DNA of 64,000 bases from Magallana gigas (taxonomy: Eukaryota): contig NC_088855.1 of the NCBI RefSeq assembly GCF_963853765.1, forward strand, positions 53,878,001 to 53,942,000, written 5' to 3'. The notes beneath the pieces were generated by a model. That model was not told the DNA's origin. It made no database searches and worked only from the letters and a program-made list of their open reading frames with translations. Below, in pieces: positions 48,010-62,595 of this stretch. Position 1 is the first letter of the stretch. The number at the start of each line of letters is the position of its first letter. The position numbers were made by a program, and so were the translations under genes.

Positions 48010-51000
48010 TTTGACACTCGTTAAAAACAGGAACATATTTGTTTTTATACCTGTACCATTATCTTTTAAAAAGGATCTTAACTGATAAACCTATTATCTA
48101 CAATGGTGTATCTTATGCAAAGCCCATAAACGGCCCTAAATTCAAAAAAAAAATAGCTGGTTTTAGAAAAACTTGTTGCAAAGGTAGATATTTTATGAAC
48201 AGATCCTATCTGTACAGATTAAACAAAGTAACAAAATTTGAAGTTTCAAAGGACTACACCTGACAACACAGAACTGCAATGGAAAAAAATTGAAAGTAAT
48301 CGATAGAATTCTTTGTACACGGTAGACTCTTCTATTTGTGCACACCAGGAACCAATACCATCATTATGTATGTACCTAATAGAAACAACATTAGGAAAAT
48401 TATCAAATATATATAATTAATGTTTTAACTTTTTCATAATAATTTATAAAAAGGTCAGTTTAAGAGTTGTGATAAACTCAAATAGATCTAAATTTCAAGC
48501 AAACAAACGTTTATTGTTCAACTTTAGTTTAAAGTAACCAATGCAATGCTCTTGTACTGATAAAAATCCTACTTCATGAAAGGTAGAGGTCAGTGTTAAG
48601 TATTTTGAAATTATGTAAAGAACTTCATTTGACAGGTTTTTTAAAGTTTGGCTTTTTTGGATAAATCAAAAACGCTGTGTCTTATCTCATGGAAAATGCG
48701 ACTATAGGCTATTTCGACCAATACATACGCAAACATGTCAAATGTATTTGTAGTGATGGTAAAATATTTACAATAATGTATAAAGGTTACATACTTTCTA
48801 AAATATTGTCCATTTCTGTCAGATAAGTGGCTCGTACGTCTAATTATTAAATTTAAAAAAATCTACGACTCAGGCTCCGCCTTCATCAACTGTCTCAGCC
48901 TCAAGTTAAAATATTCAGTACCACAAGTTTATGCACTTTTCTTCTATGGATTTGAATTGAAATATTTTTTTCATAGTTCAGGGAAAATAAAGGCTATGGA
49001 GTCAAGGTTTGTGGTATCATGTTCATTACTGTTCAGAAATATTTAATGTTGTGGTTATGATAGGCAAGAAAAATATCTCTAAATTGATTCTATGGTAGGA
49101 GGACCGGGGGTTTTGGCACTACAGCAGAAAATGCCGATAATGCTAATCTTGCAGACTATTCCTCAACAATTTCTCTTCTACTTTATGTTCAAGTCATATT
49201 CTCATTTCACAGAGAGCAAAGAAAATATGTTCATGATACACTAATGAGCACTATTGGTACACAAATGAAGATTTTTTAAGTTTTATGGTAAAAAAAAAAA
49301 AGAAGGAGGATACTATCGGCAACATGGTGACAAACAATCATTTCTGCATCCTAATTAAGACATTTTGGAGATTGTATGTTCTTATAATGGTTATTAATTG
49401 TATTGAGGTCTTTAAAATCACATACAACTGAACTATAATTGCATTGTTGTGTAATATACCGGTAGTAGAGAATAAGTTTATCATTATATAGGCTTTCAAT
49501 TTCTTAATGTTTTGTTAGAGCTAAAACTGATTGTTCATATATATAGTTTCACTTTTTTTCTACATTACAATGAATGTCGTATACTGACATAGCTTTGTAT
49601 ATTGTTACAGATTGTGCGATTCTTATAAATTGGTTTTTTTTTTTGGAAAATGGCTTAAAACACTGTCTGTTTTAATCTCTGTATATATCTTTCTTAGTTC
49701 GAAAGCAGGCTTCAATTTGACATACGAATCAAATAATCATCCATTCCTGTATTGTTTACATAAGGACTTCTGAAATACTACAGCAAAAACAGGAACCTTG
49801 ATTGTGTCACAAGCAAAACAAACACTCATGAATACGCTTGTTTAAAAAACAATTAACATGGTTATCTTGTTTGTATGTTTTGTCGATGTTTTATCATATC
49901 AACTCTTTAAACCGACACTGAAATCCACACACAAGGAGTTTATATCTTCTTCCTAGTAACAACAACTCATGATAACTGTTGCGATGACGAAATTATCCGG
50001 CATATCTGTGCTCAGTTTGTAAGAGTTCCAAGAGGCCTCTCTGTGAATCAGGTGATTTATATAGTTTCTATCGATATACAGCTTTGAATCCCATAAGGGT
50101 CCATTCAATATCCCTGGAGTAATTTTTAACAAATTTAAATCATATATGTATTGAAGTTTTGATGAACTGGCTCTTGAATACTTGAGTTGAAAATGTTTGA
50201 ATCACCCCGCCCTGTTTTCATAACATAATAGTTATCTTCCTTTGATGGGACATATTCTGTAAGATTTGAAAGTTATTTAGACCTTCTTTGTGTCAAATAT
50301 AGAAGATGGCCACGCGGTATTGAGAATATGACGAAAATATTAAAAGCTGTGAACAACAAAGAGGACGACAATAACAACAACAATTTACATCCAAACGTCA
50401 ACAACAACAACGAAAAACAACAATGACAATTACAGACGCCATAGTAACGACAGGTTTCAAGTGAGCATTTAAAGAATATTTTACAACTAAAAACAAAATA
50501 GAAAAAAATCAAATCACGTTTTGTTAAAAAAAAACAATATGAATTTCAAATTACAGTTTTATTCAAGAGGTTTTGCTGAATACTAAAGGGCTAAGACTTT
50601 TAAAAGAGACTTTTAAAAGTTTTCGTTAGTGAATTCCGTGTGCTAAGGCTAAAATGCAAGGAACTCTTTAAAAAAGTTAAAACTGAATACTATTTTATGT
50701 TTTATGCAAGTTTTAGAGTGTTTTATTGGTATCCTGGTGTCGAAATTATTTGTTACTTTTTACCATTAATTGTTGCCTCATTATTTTTTTTATTCATTCT
50801 TATCTTGATAGAGTTTTATAAAAATATAAAGCTAGATACATTGTAACTAATTTTATCATAAACAGAATTGTTAACTAAATATCGCCAAAATGTGGCTGGA
50901 AAAAGAGTAAAACTTGTATTGATTTTAGTCACCTCCATTCTCCACCACATGCAGAAATTTTTACTTTTTCTGAGTCCCTTTTCAACCAAGGATGATTTGA

Positions 51001-54000
51001 ACTTATACCTAGTTTGCTTGCAGTTTTATGTCAAACTGGAACTCATCTTGTATCCTAGTTTTGGCTCCTCTTTGACTTCCAAGGATTACAATATAACTAC
51101 ACTTAAAAGTTATCTATACGATATTGCTTTTATTTGAAAGCAATATAAACTGCACTTTTGTGAATTGGTCCATGACAAATAAAAAATATTATATAAATTA
51201 TATTTTTAGTAAATTAATCTTTGTTGGTAAAGTTTTTCAGAAAAAAATTTCGTCTTTTAAAATTTAACAATTTATTTCATTAATAGTTCTACTCATTATT
51301 ACACAAAACATATTTTTTCAGCAAAATATACTTCTTAAAATACAGCTCATATTGCTTATGTTGCCACAAAACAATGCTCCAATATCTAATATTTTTGTTA
51401 AATTGCCAAAATATGGACCCCTCCGATCCATGCCATCAAGGTTATAACAAACTTGGACCATACTTGCCTCCACAAAAATTTCAAACACTTTAACCCTTTA
51501 GGCTCGTATAAATATTTTAAAGTTGTTTCCTTTGTGTATTTTCTGTAACCCTCGTAACCATTGTAGCTTGTTTGTTACAAGACTGTGTCTTAATAGTGGC
51601 ACTCTGCTTCAGAAAAGATATTTGTAGTGATAAAACAGAACTTAACAAAATAGATTTTTATCTATCGAGTATGATTCATCAATTTCTTACGGAAACGTAT
51701 CGTTAATTTATCTATCTATAGAAGCAGACGGGACTGATATCTATAGGGTCCATTAATCGATTGGTCGAAACCTACAGCGGACTGAAATCTACACAACCTA
51801 TTTTTCGATTGGTCAAAACCTACATCGACCTAGTAAGTAAAATCACAGACTGCACAAAATAATATCGATAATGTCAGACTCGAATTCTCATAGGAGACAC
51901 TAAAGCATTTTAGTGTTTAAATGACCAAAGAAATATGGTGGTTACAAAATTATAGCACTGGGAAGCTATTTTTATGCAATAAACATGTAAATGCTTCAGA
52001 ACAAGTTTGGTGTAAATCCGCCTAATGAATAAAAAAATGAAAACGTTAACCCAAAGCCCCCTCTTTACATTCATATCTGACGCACAAGAGTAATAAACAT
52101 TACTTATTATTCTACTGTTATAAAAGAGAGGGGATATATACTTTTTATGCTTGCGTTTCCGTTCATCTATCTGTCTGTAACAAAGTTGCGAAACTTCAAT
52201 TCATCAACATATGAAATTGATAAACATTTACAGAAAACTAAATGTCGCATTTTTCGTAGCAACTGCATGTATTAATCGCAGATGTTTGAATTTTACCATA
52301 TCATTTGTATAGGTATGTCACATGGTGGGTGTAATGTTTGTACCACGTCAACGTCTTGTTAAATGACGACTTTGTTTATTTTTGTTAAAAAAAATTAACA
52401 AATTTTCGTCAAATGAAATCAATTCATCAAATGATGGAAATTTTAACACACTTTTTGCTTAGGCATGTGATACGGTAGGATTAATTTGTTTTTGTTTTTG
52501 TTTTGTTTTGGTTGAATTCTATATCTACTTCCTGTAAAGTGTCGACTTTCCTTATTTTGTATATTCACATCGCTGCCTGGGTATCACTAGTGAGCTTTGG
52601 GAGGGTAACAGTTGAAATTGACACCCCAAGAAAACCATTGTCAACCGACGCGAACTGTTATCCTCCCAAACAGGCACTATTTATTTTGTTATACTGAATG
52701 TCTTTATTTTAAAGAAAACATCACTGCTTTTAGATAGGAATAACGTAATTCTAAGGCGAACCGTACGCGCATGATTTTCGCGCATGTAACAATTTTTAAT
52801 GTTACCCGTTGCTAAGTGCATTGCTAACGCTGAGGGTAATAGAACAGATTGTGAACTGCGTCTAAACCAATCAGATTTCAGTATTTAACATGAAAGTATA
52901 ATAATGTCAACCCGTGCAGGCACGGGTCAAAGTCTAGTTTAAATAATTAAAACTAAATAATTAATGTTGCGTGAGTGAATTGTGCGAGCGTTTCATTTTC
53001 ATTTTAGGTCACCTTTACTTTATTTTACTATACGTAATTAAATCATCTGAAATAAATAACTTTTGTAAACATTCATCACTGAATTAGGTTTATTTATATT
53101 CACTTCATATGATGGAAGACCCCGTCACATATTTATGATGAAATTGGGGTTACTATCTGGTTCCTGGGGTGAACATTTGAACAAAGTCATTACTTCATCT
53201 TCCAAGGAGGTAAAGTCGTTTATATACAACATGTAGTAAACGAATTTAACAGTTTAACGCCATTCACTGAAGGTTGTTTCAGGTTCGGTTAAAATTTGCT
53301 CAGTAGAAGACATTAAACACGGGAGAGGTACTGCGGAATCCTAAGAGCATTGGACGACGACATTGTCCATTTGGGAAGTTCAGGAAATCTTACATTCTGT
53401 TACTCACCCCCCCCCCCGGTATAAATATTGGCTAGCTTCTGGCTAAGTACTTCCGGAAAGTCCTAAGACTCGATCTCCTACGCAGAATTGTGTTTATTAT
53501 TCTCTCAGTGAATGTATGATCCGATGGTAGCATAATAAAAAAAGATAAATTACAGATGAAGATGTATTCATTTCATTTTTTAACGTAATAAATCGTAATT
53601 TTTAAAGAGATAATCAGGGCCATTTAGTGGTTATGTAGCCTGATTTTTCATTCTTAATATATAAGCTTGTCAGTAAGACATGTCTTACACACCAAACAGG
53701 AAAAGAGGAAGATGTTTTATTTTATGATTATTTGATTTATTGAAATTTTACTGCTATATGGTATTCAATAAATCTATAGTATGCATTATTTCAAAATTTC
53801 AAAAGTTCGAACTCTGTAAATTTTACGACATCTCTATGTCACGAAGAAAAGGATTTATTGGTATTTTGTCAGAAAAGTATATATCAAATCAAATTACGAT
53901 ACATGAGCAACAAACACGCGGAACAGGTGATTCATCGGCATGTGGGGGTACATGTCCACTGTTTAGGTGCAATCTCTTTCAAGGACGATTGTCAATATAC

Positions 54001-54111
54001 CTGTAGTGTATTGACTTTAAGATAACGGATATATGTGACGTATAAGGGTGAAATAAAGACAAAAGCAATCACGAGGTCAGCTGCAAAACAATATTTTGGG
54101 GTGTTGGAACC

Positions 54112-55916
54112 ATGTTTCGAGTCATCGTTCTTCTCGCTTTGTGGACTTGTACCATTGGACATACACCGAAAGGTAAACCAATGTTTTGTTTCTTTATCGA
54201 TCTCTATTGCATAGTGTGTTAGACGTATGGCCGTTTGTCGACATGACAGAAATCGCCAAAAGTTCATTTCAACAAAAAGAAAAGAATTTGAAAAATATTG
54301 TGATCCATAATTTTTAGTAGCTTAATAGCAGAGTACATAAACTATGTGGGCTCAGATTTGGCATAAAATATTTTTCCTAAGTCGTTAACAAAATACTCTA
54401 TATGTTACTAATCTCTCAAAGAAATAAGATAAGGAGATAACACCTGTAGGACCTCTTCATCAAATTTTAATTCGATTTCTTTTCCCCTATTTTTCTCACC
54501 TTGTATTAAATCTAGGAGGGGAGGAATACAAAGTCACAAAATAGTGTTTTGAATTTATGCGATATGTATTGTGCATTCTGGTAAAGGGCTTGTACAAAAT
54601 GCATTGAGTTGTCTTTCTAACAGAATACCTAGAGGATTACTGTGGTAAAACTCTCTACCACCAGGGACCATGGCTACGTCTGAAGCTGACCAGGAGGGAC
54701 TACCCATCAAACTTCAAGTGTAACACTTCTGTCGTTTTCTCTGATACTAATTCGGGGCAACCCGCGCGCCTCGTGGTGGTTGTCCACAAACTGGAAACTA
54801 AATGCCCTGGAGATCGGCTCACTTTGGTTGATGGAAATACCTCCGTTCTTCTTAAAGGTTAGAAATAAAAACCTTTATTATCGCTGGGTCCCCTTAATTC
54901 ATTGTGCAGTGAACATGCTATCTGATATTGTTCTTCAATAGAAAAACAGCACTGTTATTTTTTCTTCTTTAGAGGCAAAGCCTTACTTGTGCGGGAAACA
55001 TGAGCCAAAGGATGCAATGTTTACTGTCTCTTCAAGTCTCATTGTAAACTTCCAAAGTGATGCATCTGAAAATGATGATGGATTTGAACTCTACATCACC
55101 CGTTTCCATCTTGGTAATCTTCAAATTAAAACGATACTGAAATGTGTGGGTTTTTGTTCGCTAGATTTGACAATCTTGATGGTATATTGCTGGTGTTATT
55201 CCATACCCTAGGTATCTGCGACCCGACCGAGTTCCGGTGTGCCAGGGGTCCTTGTATTGATAAGTCCCTTCAGTGTGACGACCACGACCAGTGTGGGGAC
55301 GAGTCCGACGAGTGTAGTTGGGGATTCGGACTGGTGGCTGCCCTCTTGGGCGCCACTTGCCTCGGGTCTCTGCTCACCATTCTGGTCTTTTGCTGTTGTT
55401 GTTCCAAGTTCCGCTCTCGCTGCAGTAAATCAAACTCTCGGGGACGAATTATCCCTGTGTTCAGAGTAAGTGTTGTTGTAGCTCGATCAGTAAAGGTTAA
55501 CTATCGTCTATAAGGCCATCAAAATTCCACAGTTTAAACAACTGATTACTGTTTAAAAGCTGCATGTACGAATGCAGAGCTATGTTGAATAACATTATTA
55601 CATCTCGTTTTAGAATTACTTACTATATATTCTATCAAATGTTGAAACTGTTTGCAAGTTGATTTTGCAGAAATACCGGTAAAAGCTTAAGAATATTTTT
55701 TTTCGTTGACAATTTCAGAGAAGTGAAACAAACAGAACCCCAGCACTAGACGAACCCAAGAAGGCGCCTCTTGAAGTCCCGCTTTCTGTGTCTCATCTTG
55801 AACAAACGCATCCGGCATTCTATTCTCTTTCACCTCCAGCCTACACAGCCATACCCGACGTCACTTCCGGCAATCAGAGTGGCGGACCCCTTCCAACAAA
55901 AACCCCTATTCAATAA
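54112..55916 (+). CDS. Type I membrane protein: signal - CUB - LDLa - TM - short tail with a PPxY motif (LDLRAD2/NETO-like architecture), 295 aa
   Basis: Exons 54112-54172 (MFRVIVLLALWTCTIG), 54624-54857, 54973-55113 (CUB: YPSNFKC...FQSDASENDDGFELY), 55212-55465 (LDLa CDPTEFRCARGPCIDKSLQCDDHDQCGDESDEC; TM GLVAALLGATCLGSLLTILVF; CCCC), 55719-55916 (SPPAYTAI...*). Total 888 nt, phases consistent. Confidence 0.9.
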
Positions 55917-56882
55917 GAGTTGATGCGAGACAGTTTTTACCTTAATCTGTGATGTGCTCGTTAAATTTCATTTAAAATGTGAAAAACAATCTCTAGAATC
56001 TCTGAAAGTAATCCATTTTTGATTGGTTCCGATGTGTCATAAGATATTTCGATTTTTCTTTTTTAATTTTACAATTAATAAAAAAAAATAATGACTGCTT
56101 TTTATTGTTTTTATAGTTTCCATATATTATTAGTTTATGTAAACAAGCTACATATGTACATGTGTTGAAAATTACCAGAAAAACGTAAACAACTGGCATA
56201 GGAATAATCATATATATGTACAAATAAAAAAAAACCCACTTTATCATTGCACAATTTCCTAAACCATCTCGTTCATCTGCAGTCTGTCTAATGTTCCCAT
56301 AAATCCTTTGTTTGATCAATATCTATATTCTTATATGTATCAATTCCTTACACTGTAAGAAAGTTCAAATCGATGCATGTGAAAAGTTTTCAATTGTTTT
56401 CTTTTGAAAATTTCCATGTTATATGAAGGTTGCAATTTCACGTGGAAAATATTTTTTCGAAAATCAATATGACCGATATGATACAGTTACGTAGAGGTAA
56501 ATGACGATATTCAAAAAACAAAGCCGTTATTTGCAGATACCTAAAGGTCTGTGGGAACATAAGAAGGCAGATAATCACAAATCATATATCAATAATATGG
56601 TGTCTTTGATACATTAGACAAAGTTGTACAACACATATAAAATTATGGGTGAAAAGTAAAAACAATTAAAAATGATAAGGTTCCTTCTTAATTCTTCTCA
56701 CCATAATCATACTACTGAAGCAAATTCACTTCACAACAAAAACTATGTATGCATGGCAAAACAAATTTATGCTCATGACCATGAGGTGTATATTGTAATA
56801 GATATGTACCAATACTGAAAAAAAATTGTGTTTCAAATGCTCTTTTCAACCATCATTCATGTACTTTGCAAAAAACACTTAA

Positions 56883-57378
56883 AGGGGCATGGTCACGATT
56901 TTGGTCAAATTCTATTTTGCTGTTTTTAATATGATTTATTATTATATTATTGATATCTTATTCTAATGATTAAATGAAATTTGAGAATCAGTTGTTAAGA
57001 TATAAGCAAGATACAGAGCTCACAATTCTTTGTCATGTGAACAAGGCTCGTGCCCTGTTTTTGTTTACATAGGTTCAATACACCAGTAAAAATCTTTTTA
57101 AGCTGATTTGTCTATCTTTTTCTTCATTTTAGGCATATATAAACAGTTCCTAACCTTTAACACATTCATTTCGGGTCTAAAATTGCAATTTTCACTTCAA
57201 CATTCAAAATGAAAACAAAAGCTTTGTTTACATAGCGAAGAATTGTAAGCTTTGTAACTCTCTTATAACTCAGAAAATGACACTCAAATTTTGGTTGCCC
57301 ATTTAAAATGCATTACTAAAGCATTGTAAACATTAATATCGGAAAATAATTTTTGCCCAAAATCGTGACTATGCCCCT
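56883..57378. mobile_element. TTAA-flanked MITE (Kolobok-like family B), second copy
   Basis: Termini AGGGGCATGGTCACGATT / AATCGTGACTATGCCCCT, with TTAA on both sides. The interior is the reverse complement of 27464-27942. Confidence 0.85.
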
Positions 57379-57959
57379 TTAAAATATTTCTACTAACAAG
57401 GATTTAAAAAAACATGTTTTGAAATGTTGTCATTGGTTCCACAGTTACAAACAACAGAAAGTTCTAAATTAACCTTTGACACAATCTTTCAAATAGAAGC
57501 ACAGAAGCACCAAATAAAAACAGCTAAAAAAAACCCGACTTTTATAACATCCCTTTGCATGATTCTTCTTAACAACTGTTACACATAATACCTAGTTAAG
57601 AATAAAAGTTTTACATGACAAATAAATTTTATAAATTTGAAGGTTTTCTAATTCTCAGCAAAATATGCCTTCTGTATGGCAAGGCAAATTTATTTCTTTG
57701 TCTAAAGATTTTAATTGGCCAATTGTGTGTTCAGTCCTGCAATCGGCCAATCATAACGTTTGCATTAAACACAAAACAGATTGGCCCACTGTAGGATCAA
57801 ACACCCTCTTGAGCAAAGTTACAACTGAGCTACAGTCACTGATAATATCCACAGTGTAATAAAACAATCTTAGGTTACAATGTACCTTTTTTAGACATAA
57901 AAACAGAATATATGTACATAATATAAATACATACATGTATCTGGTAAATTAAAGAGATA

Positions 57960-58132
57960 CAGTTAAACTTCGATATCTCTAACACTGATATCTCAAATAT
58001 AATGGATATGTCAAAGTGATTTGTAAATCCCAACTACTTATTTTTTAAGTATTTTACCCTCAATATCTTAAAAATTTGGATATCTCAGTGTTAGACAGTC
58101 TCATCTTGTTTGAGATAACAAAGTTTGACGGT
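57960..58132. mobile_element. Short Tc1/mariner-type MITE
   Basis: Starts TA-CAGTTAAACTTCGATATCTC and ends GAGATAACAAAGTTTGACGGTG; these form imperfect inverted termini. Confidence 0.55.
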
Positions 58133-58844
58133 GTTAATAATTTGCTGAGGATTAAACATTGTTTTATCCTATATTGATCTCAATGTCATTATAATATTTA
58201 ATATCAAAATATAGATATCTGTAAAATAGAAAAAACAGAGAAAGAGGTCTGTCTACATCTAATTAAAAAAAATATGTATAAAGAAATTTTAGCAATAAGT
58301 AAACTTCAACCTTTCGTAAAATTCACCAATGGTGATACATTTTTTTTTCTTAAAAGCCTTCAAATAAATTGATAAGTATAAATACTTTCAATGGTAATTA
58401 CATATATTTTGGTTTAGGCAAGATGTACTTTTTCCTGAAAGACGACTTAGATACTACTTTACCAAATAGCAGAAACACACTGGTCCTTGACTACCGGTAT
58501 CTCAAGATAATCAGCAGTTAGTATAAATCAAACTTATCATAATAAAATAGGCTTTTACTAGTTACATGATGCAATTATACACTATAATAAAAAATAAAAA
58601 CAAGTACATGTAATATGTTGAAAATTTTGACAATTACATTTGTTCTTTAAGCTCTTTACATATCATCTAAACTATGAACTACTGATACACATGTATATAA
58701 TAAAATAAAACTGCAAACAGGTAAATCAAATAATGCAGTCATTTGTTCCTCTTCTGTCTAAGTTTGTCAAACATTCATACACATGCAAGGTGCCCCCATG
58801 ACCTGACAGTATGATTCATACAAAGGTCCTGGTGTAGTTGAGGG

Positions 58845-61800
58845 TTATCTGATGTTTGAGAACTGAATCTCATCGTAGGCCGGTGGGGCGCTGGGCTGCG
58901 CTTGATTCACCTGGTTCGTCTGACTGGTGTAATCATACACGGGGTAGGCGGGGGTCCAGTTAGCGTTCGGCATCACATTATTCTCCTCCTCATCCTCCTC
59001 CCCACCCTCCAGTCTCACAGGGCCGGACACACACTCTGAATAAGCAGGAGGGGCTATAATATCAAAATAAAAGTTGTGTGTAATCACATACAATAAATAC
59101 TACTAAAAGCATCTTATAGGTAGGAAGTACAGGGCTGCGTTTTACAAAAGAACTTATGACTTACGACCGAATTAATGAATGTTTTTTAATCACAAACTAA
59201 TCAATATTTTATTGAAATAGCTGTAAATTATTGTTATGTAAATCAAAATAGTTGTAAATAAATGGTCTGATATAAATTTTGTTCATTAAAGACCGTTTCT
59301 TGAGACTGAAAATATTTACGACTTTGTCGTAAGTTCTTTTGTAAAACGTAGCCCAGGTGATTATATAAACAAATCGAAAAATGCTGATCATGAACAAAGA
59401 GGATCTTTACCATCTGGGTAGGGAGATGTAAGCCAGAAGCCTGGGTTTCCTGTGGGTGGGGGGTAGTTCTGAATCTCAGGCGCAGTTGGAATGGGTTGGG
59501 TCATCTCGGGGGACACAGTTCTTAGGGGTATGCTTCCAATGATAATTCTGTTGTCAACAGAGATTTTATTCCAACCAGTAGATATTCTGAACTATAAAAG
59601 AGAAGAAAAAAATGATACTACCTTCAATGAATGTGCACAGTTTAAGTCTTTAAATTACTTGTGTATAAACAGTACTAAGCTGACTTACTGTGAGCGTATA
59701 TTGAATGTCTATGATGTTGCAACCTTTGAGATAAGACGGGGGAAGGGAAGGAACGGGTATGGCCCGAGTATAAACCTGGTGCTGGCCCTTATCCACAGCT
59801 AGAGACTGGTTAACATACAAAGGATAGACTTCACTCTTGGTTTTATATTTGGGATTTCCAGAGGAAAACAGGCTGTTGGAGAACCCTGTGTATGTTACAT
59901 CCTGAAATCACATTTAGATTACTATAACAAGCATGGATTAAAATTGTTCTCATGAACTGAATGCTAACCAACTTTAAGCATGGAGAATAATGACAACAAA
60001 CACCTAACTGACCTGGATGAGCTCCACTGACCAGGCTTGCACTGGGCTTTCACTCTTGTTATTTATGTCCATCTCCAAGATGATGGGTTCTCCGGGCACA
60101 AAGCCTGACTTGTTTACCTTCATTTGAACAATAATCTCTCCCTCTGAACAACAGCATCCAGTTATCTCTTGTCTCCTGTACTGCATGATTGGCATCTTCA
60201 TGTGAAACACAAAATACATAGAACAACACATAACACTTTGAAATGCTAACATTTTAAAGAGGTAATAGAGGTTTTTATTAAGTTACTGTAAACCAACTAT
60301 TATTCGCAACAATTTTATTTCACAATTTCAGAAATGAACTGGTTCGCAGTGACCCATTTACTGACCAAGCTATATTCACACCTGTTTTTAAATTGTTTAT
60401 AACAACTATATGGCAAAAAAACTGGTCCGCAGCAAGAAATATTCACGACAATGAGGCTCTTGCAAAACTCGCCAAAAATTTTAAGCAAGTGAATAAAAGT
60501 TGGTTTACAGTTTACACTCTTGATATCAAAATGTTCTCAGTTTGCCTGATACGTGTAGATGTTCCTTACAAAATGATATTTCAAACGATTTGATGCATTT
60601 TCATACATTTGATAAGTTGAAGACCCCAAAATTGTACAGGATCATTAAAAAATCAGTACAAAATATCGCTTGAACTCTTCTGATAAGGTACCTTATTTCT
60701 AAACCAACAAATTAATGTATATTGTCACAAATGTCTTATTTTAAATGTTGAAATCAAATTTTGCGCACTTTAAATTTCACATGTATAGTAATTTTTATTA
60801 CATGCTAGACCTACAATCTCCACTTTGGCACAAGGGTCCTGATACTGGGCCACTGGGGTCATGATTTTTTTTTATTTTTGTAGATGCCTCTTTGCTATAA
60901 TTACTTAAAAGGTAAAACATGCTTACAGCACTGTGCAAAGAACAAAAAATAAATTGATTCACTCTAAACATAAGGAGTTGTATTACATAAGTGTATGATA
61001 GATTTAAAAACCAGACTTTGCTTTATTAATTAACAATGCATTCTTTAGAAGTGTATTAATTAACTTCACTTTACTGTAAAGTACACATGGATACCATTTT
61101 GTCTCCTAAATGCTCAAGAATACAGAAAATCATAAGGAATTTAAACATGTTTGCTATCATTCTGATCAATATTGCTCTGCCCTTGTCCGAGAACCTCGTA
61201 ATTAACTTAAGTTACATAACATAATCTCTTATCATTTAAAATATACACACCACTGCATCAGGGAACATGTTGAGGTCCAAGTGATTTATGACAGTAAAAG
61301 GGAGCAGAATGGTTTCATCCGATTTCCATGGCCTGGCTATTTGTCCCTGCAGAGTGTAACGCACATAGCCCTTACGTCCTTCAAATGAGGACGGGAGCTC
61401 TGCATAAGAGTCCAGAGGGATGAGAAAGGGGTAAACATGATCTCCAGCCTCCAACACTTGAGCTGGTGTCTGAGATCCTAGTGAACAATTCAAAATTAAA
61501 AGACTTGAAGTATATATTCTTGGGGCAAAAATACCCGTAATCATTTTTCATGGTTAAATTACATTATTGGAGTGTCTGTTCTTACAAATGGATGTCTCAA
61601 ACTTATCATAACTGGCATATAAATGCAATATCAATGTGTGGTTTGATTTTTGTAAACTATGAAAAAAAATCCAACTCATGTTTATGTAAGTTTACTCCAA
61701 GTATAATAAAAATCTGAACAGGTAGCACACTTTTAAGCATCAATGATTTATCAAACAAAATCTCTCAAACAAGAGTACTTATATGATAGATCAATTATTT

Positions 61801-62241
61801 CAAGAAAAGTTTTATTCCATTTGATTTTAATGTGTGCTCACCTCCAAACAGATAAAGTTTGTAATTTATATAAGTTTCCTTGGCTGTGAATTCCCGCTTG
61901 TCATTATCAGATCTTCGGTCAAACTTGCATTTTGCTTTTCCAGTCACATACAGACTGATGCCTAAAAATATTAAAAAGATAAAAAAAAATATCATCAAAT
62001 ATAGAAAAAAGAGTTGCTTGTATTTAAATGAATTTGTGGTTTTTAGAGATGGAAAGTTTCCTCAAATAATGATATGTCTTGCAGGAGAAAAGCCTAATGT
62101 ACTATATGGCTACTTACTTTGAATTTTGAGAGGGTGAGATACATTTACAAAGACAGTTCCACTCAGACTTGTCCCTGATAAAATCACAATATTTCTACTT
62201 GTCTGACCATCCACATGAACTTCAAATTTTTGTATTTTCAT
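58845..62241 (-). CDS. Arrestin domain-containing protein (alpha-arrestin, ARRDC/TXNIP family), 418 aa
   Basis: Exons 62241-62118, 61961-61842, 61477-61251 (AGDHVYPF...LPSSFEGRKGYVRY...RPWK), 60195-60013 (GFVPGEPI), 59901-59689 (PSLPPSYLKGCNIIDIQY), 59591-59411, 59053-58845 (two PPAY motifs). Total 1257 nt, all GT-AG. The frame is also open upstream of the ATG to an acceptor at ~62272, so a short extra N-terminal exon is possible. Confidence 0.92.
60286..60510. mobile_element. Tc1/mariner-type MITE in an arrestin intron
   Basis: Inverted termini CTGTAAACCAACT / AGTTGGTTTACAG, preceded by TA. Confidence 0.7.
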
Positions 62242-62595
62242 CTCCTGTTTGAGTATCACATGCCATTCACCATCTTAGGAATGTACAGGTCTAAAAACCA
62301 ATAAGAGCTAAAAAAAATTAAATGTAAGTTTTGTTTGTAGTTGTTATAATAAAAAAATTGAATATATGATATTTGAGGTAATTTATGTACAAGAGAATGC
62401 AGATAGACGATAAAAAGATTGATTTAAAGACCAAAACCATCATTTTTGTTTGTTACCCATATATAAATTGACTGACTGGGAAATATTTGATGCAGGGTTA
62501 AAAAAAAATTTTTGTAAACAAAATTTTTAGAAGCATAATTCATTTTTATTTCTGTAGCCATTGGTAGAAAGTTTAACAAAATAGAATTATTTATA

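Noticed and set aside
50273-51137. Hydrophobic ORFs 50273-50512, 50640-50846 and 50868-51137
   Set aside because: Low-complexity AT-rich or (ACA)n-derived translations with no splice-consistent model or domain motif.
53109-53209. Alternative first coding exon of the CUB-LDLa gene ending in AG|gtaaag
   Set aside because: The phase-compatible frame has an internal TGA and the open frame is the wrong phase and not signal-like. The exon at 54112-54172 gives a clean signal peptide in the right phase.
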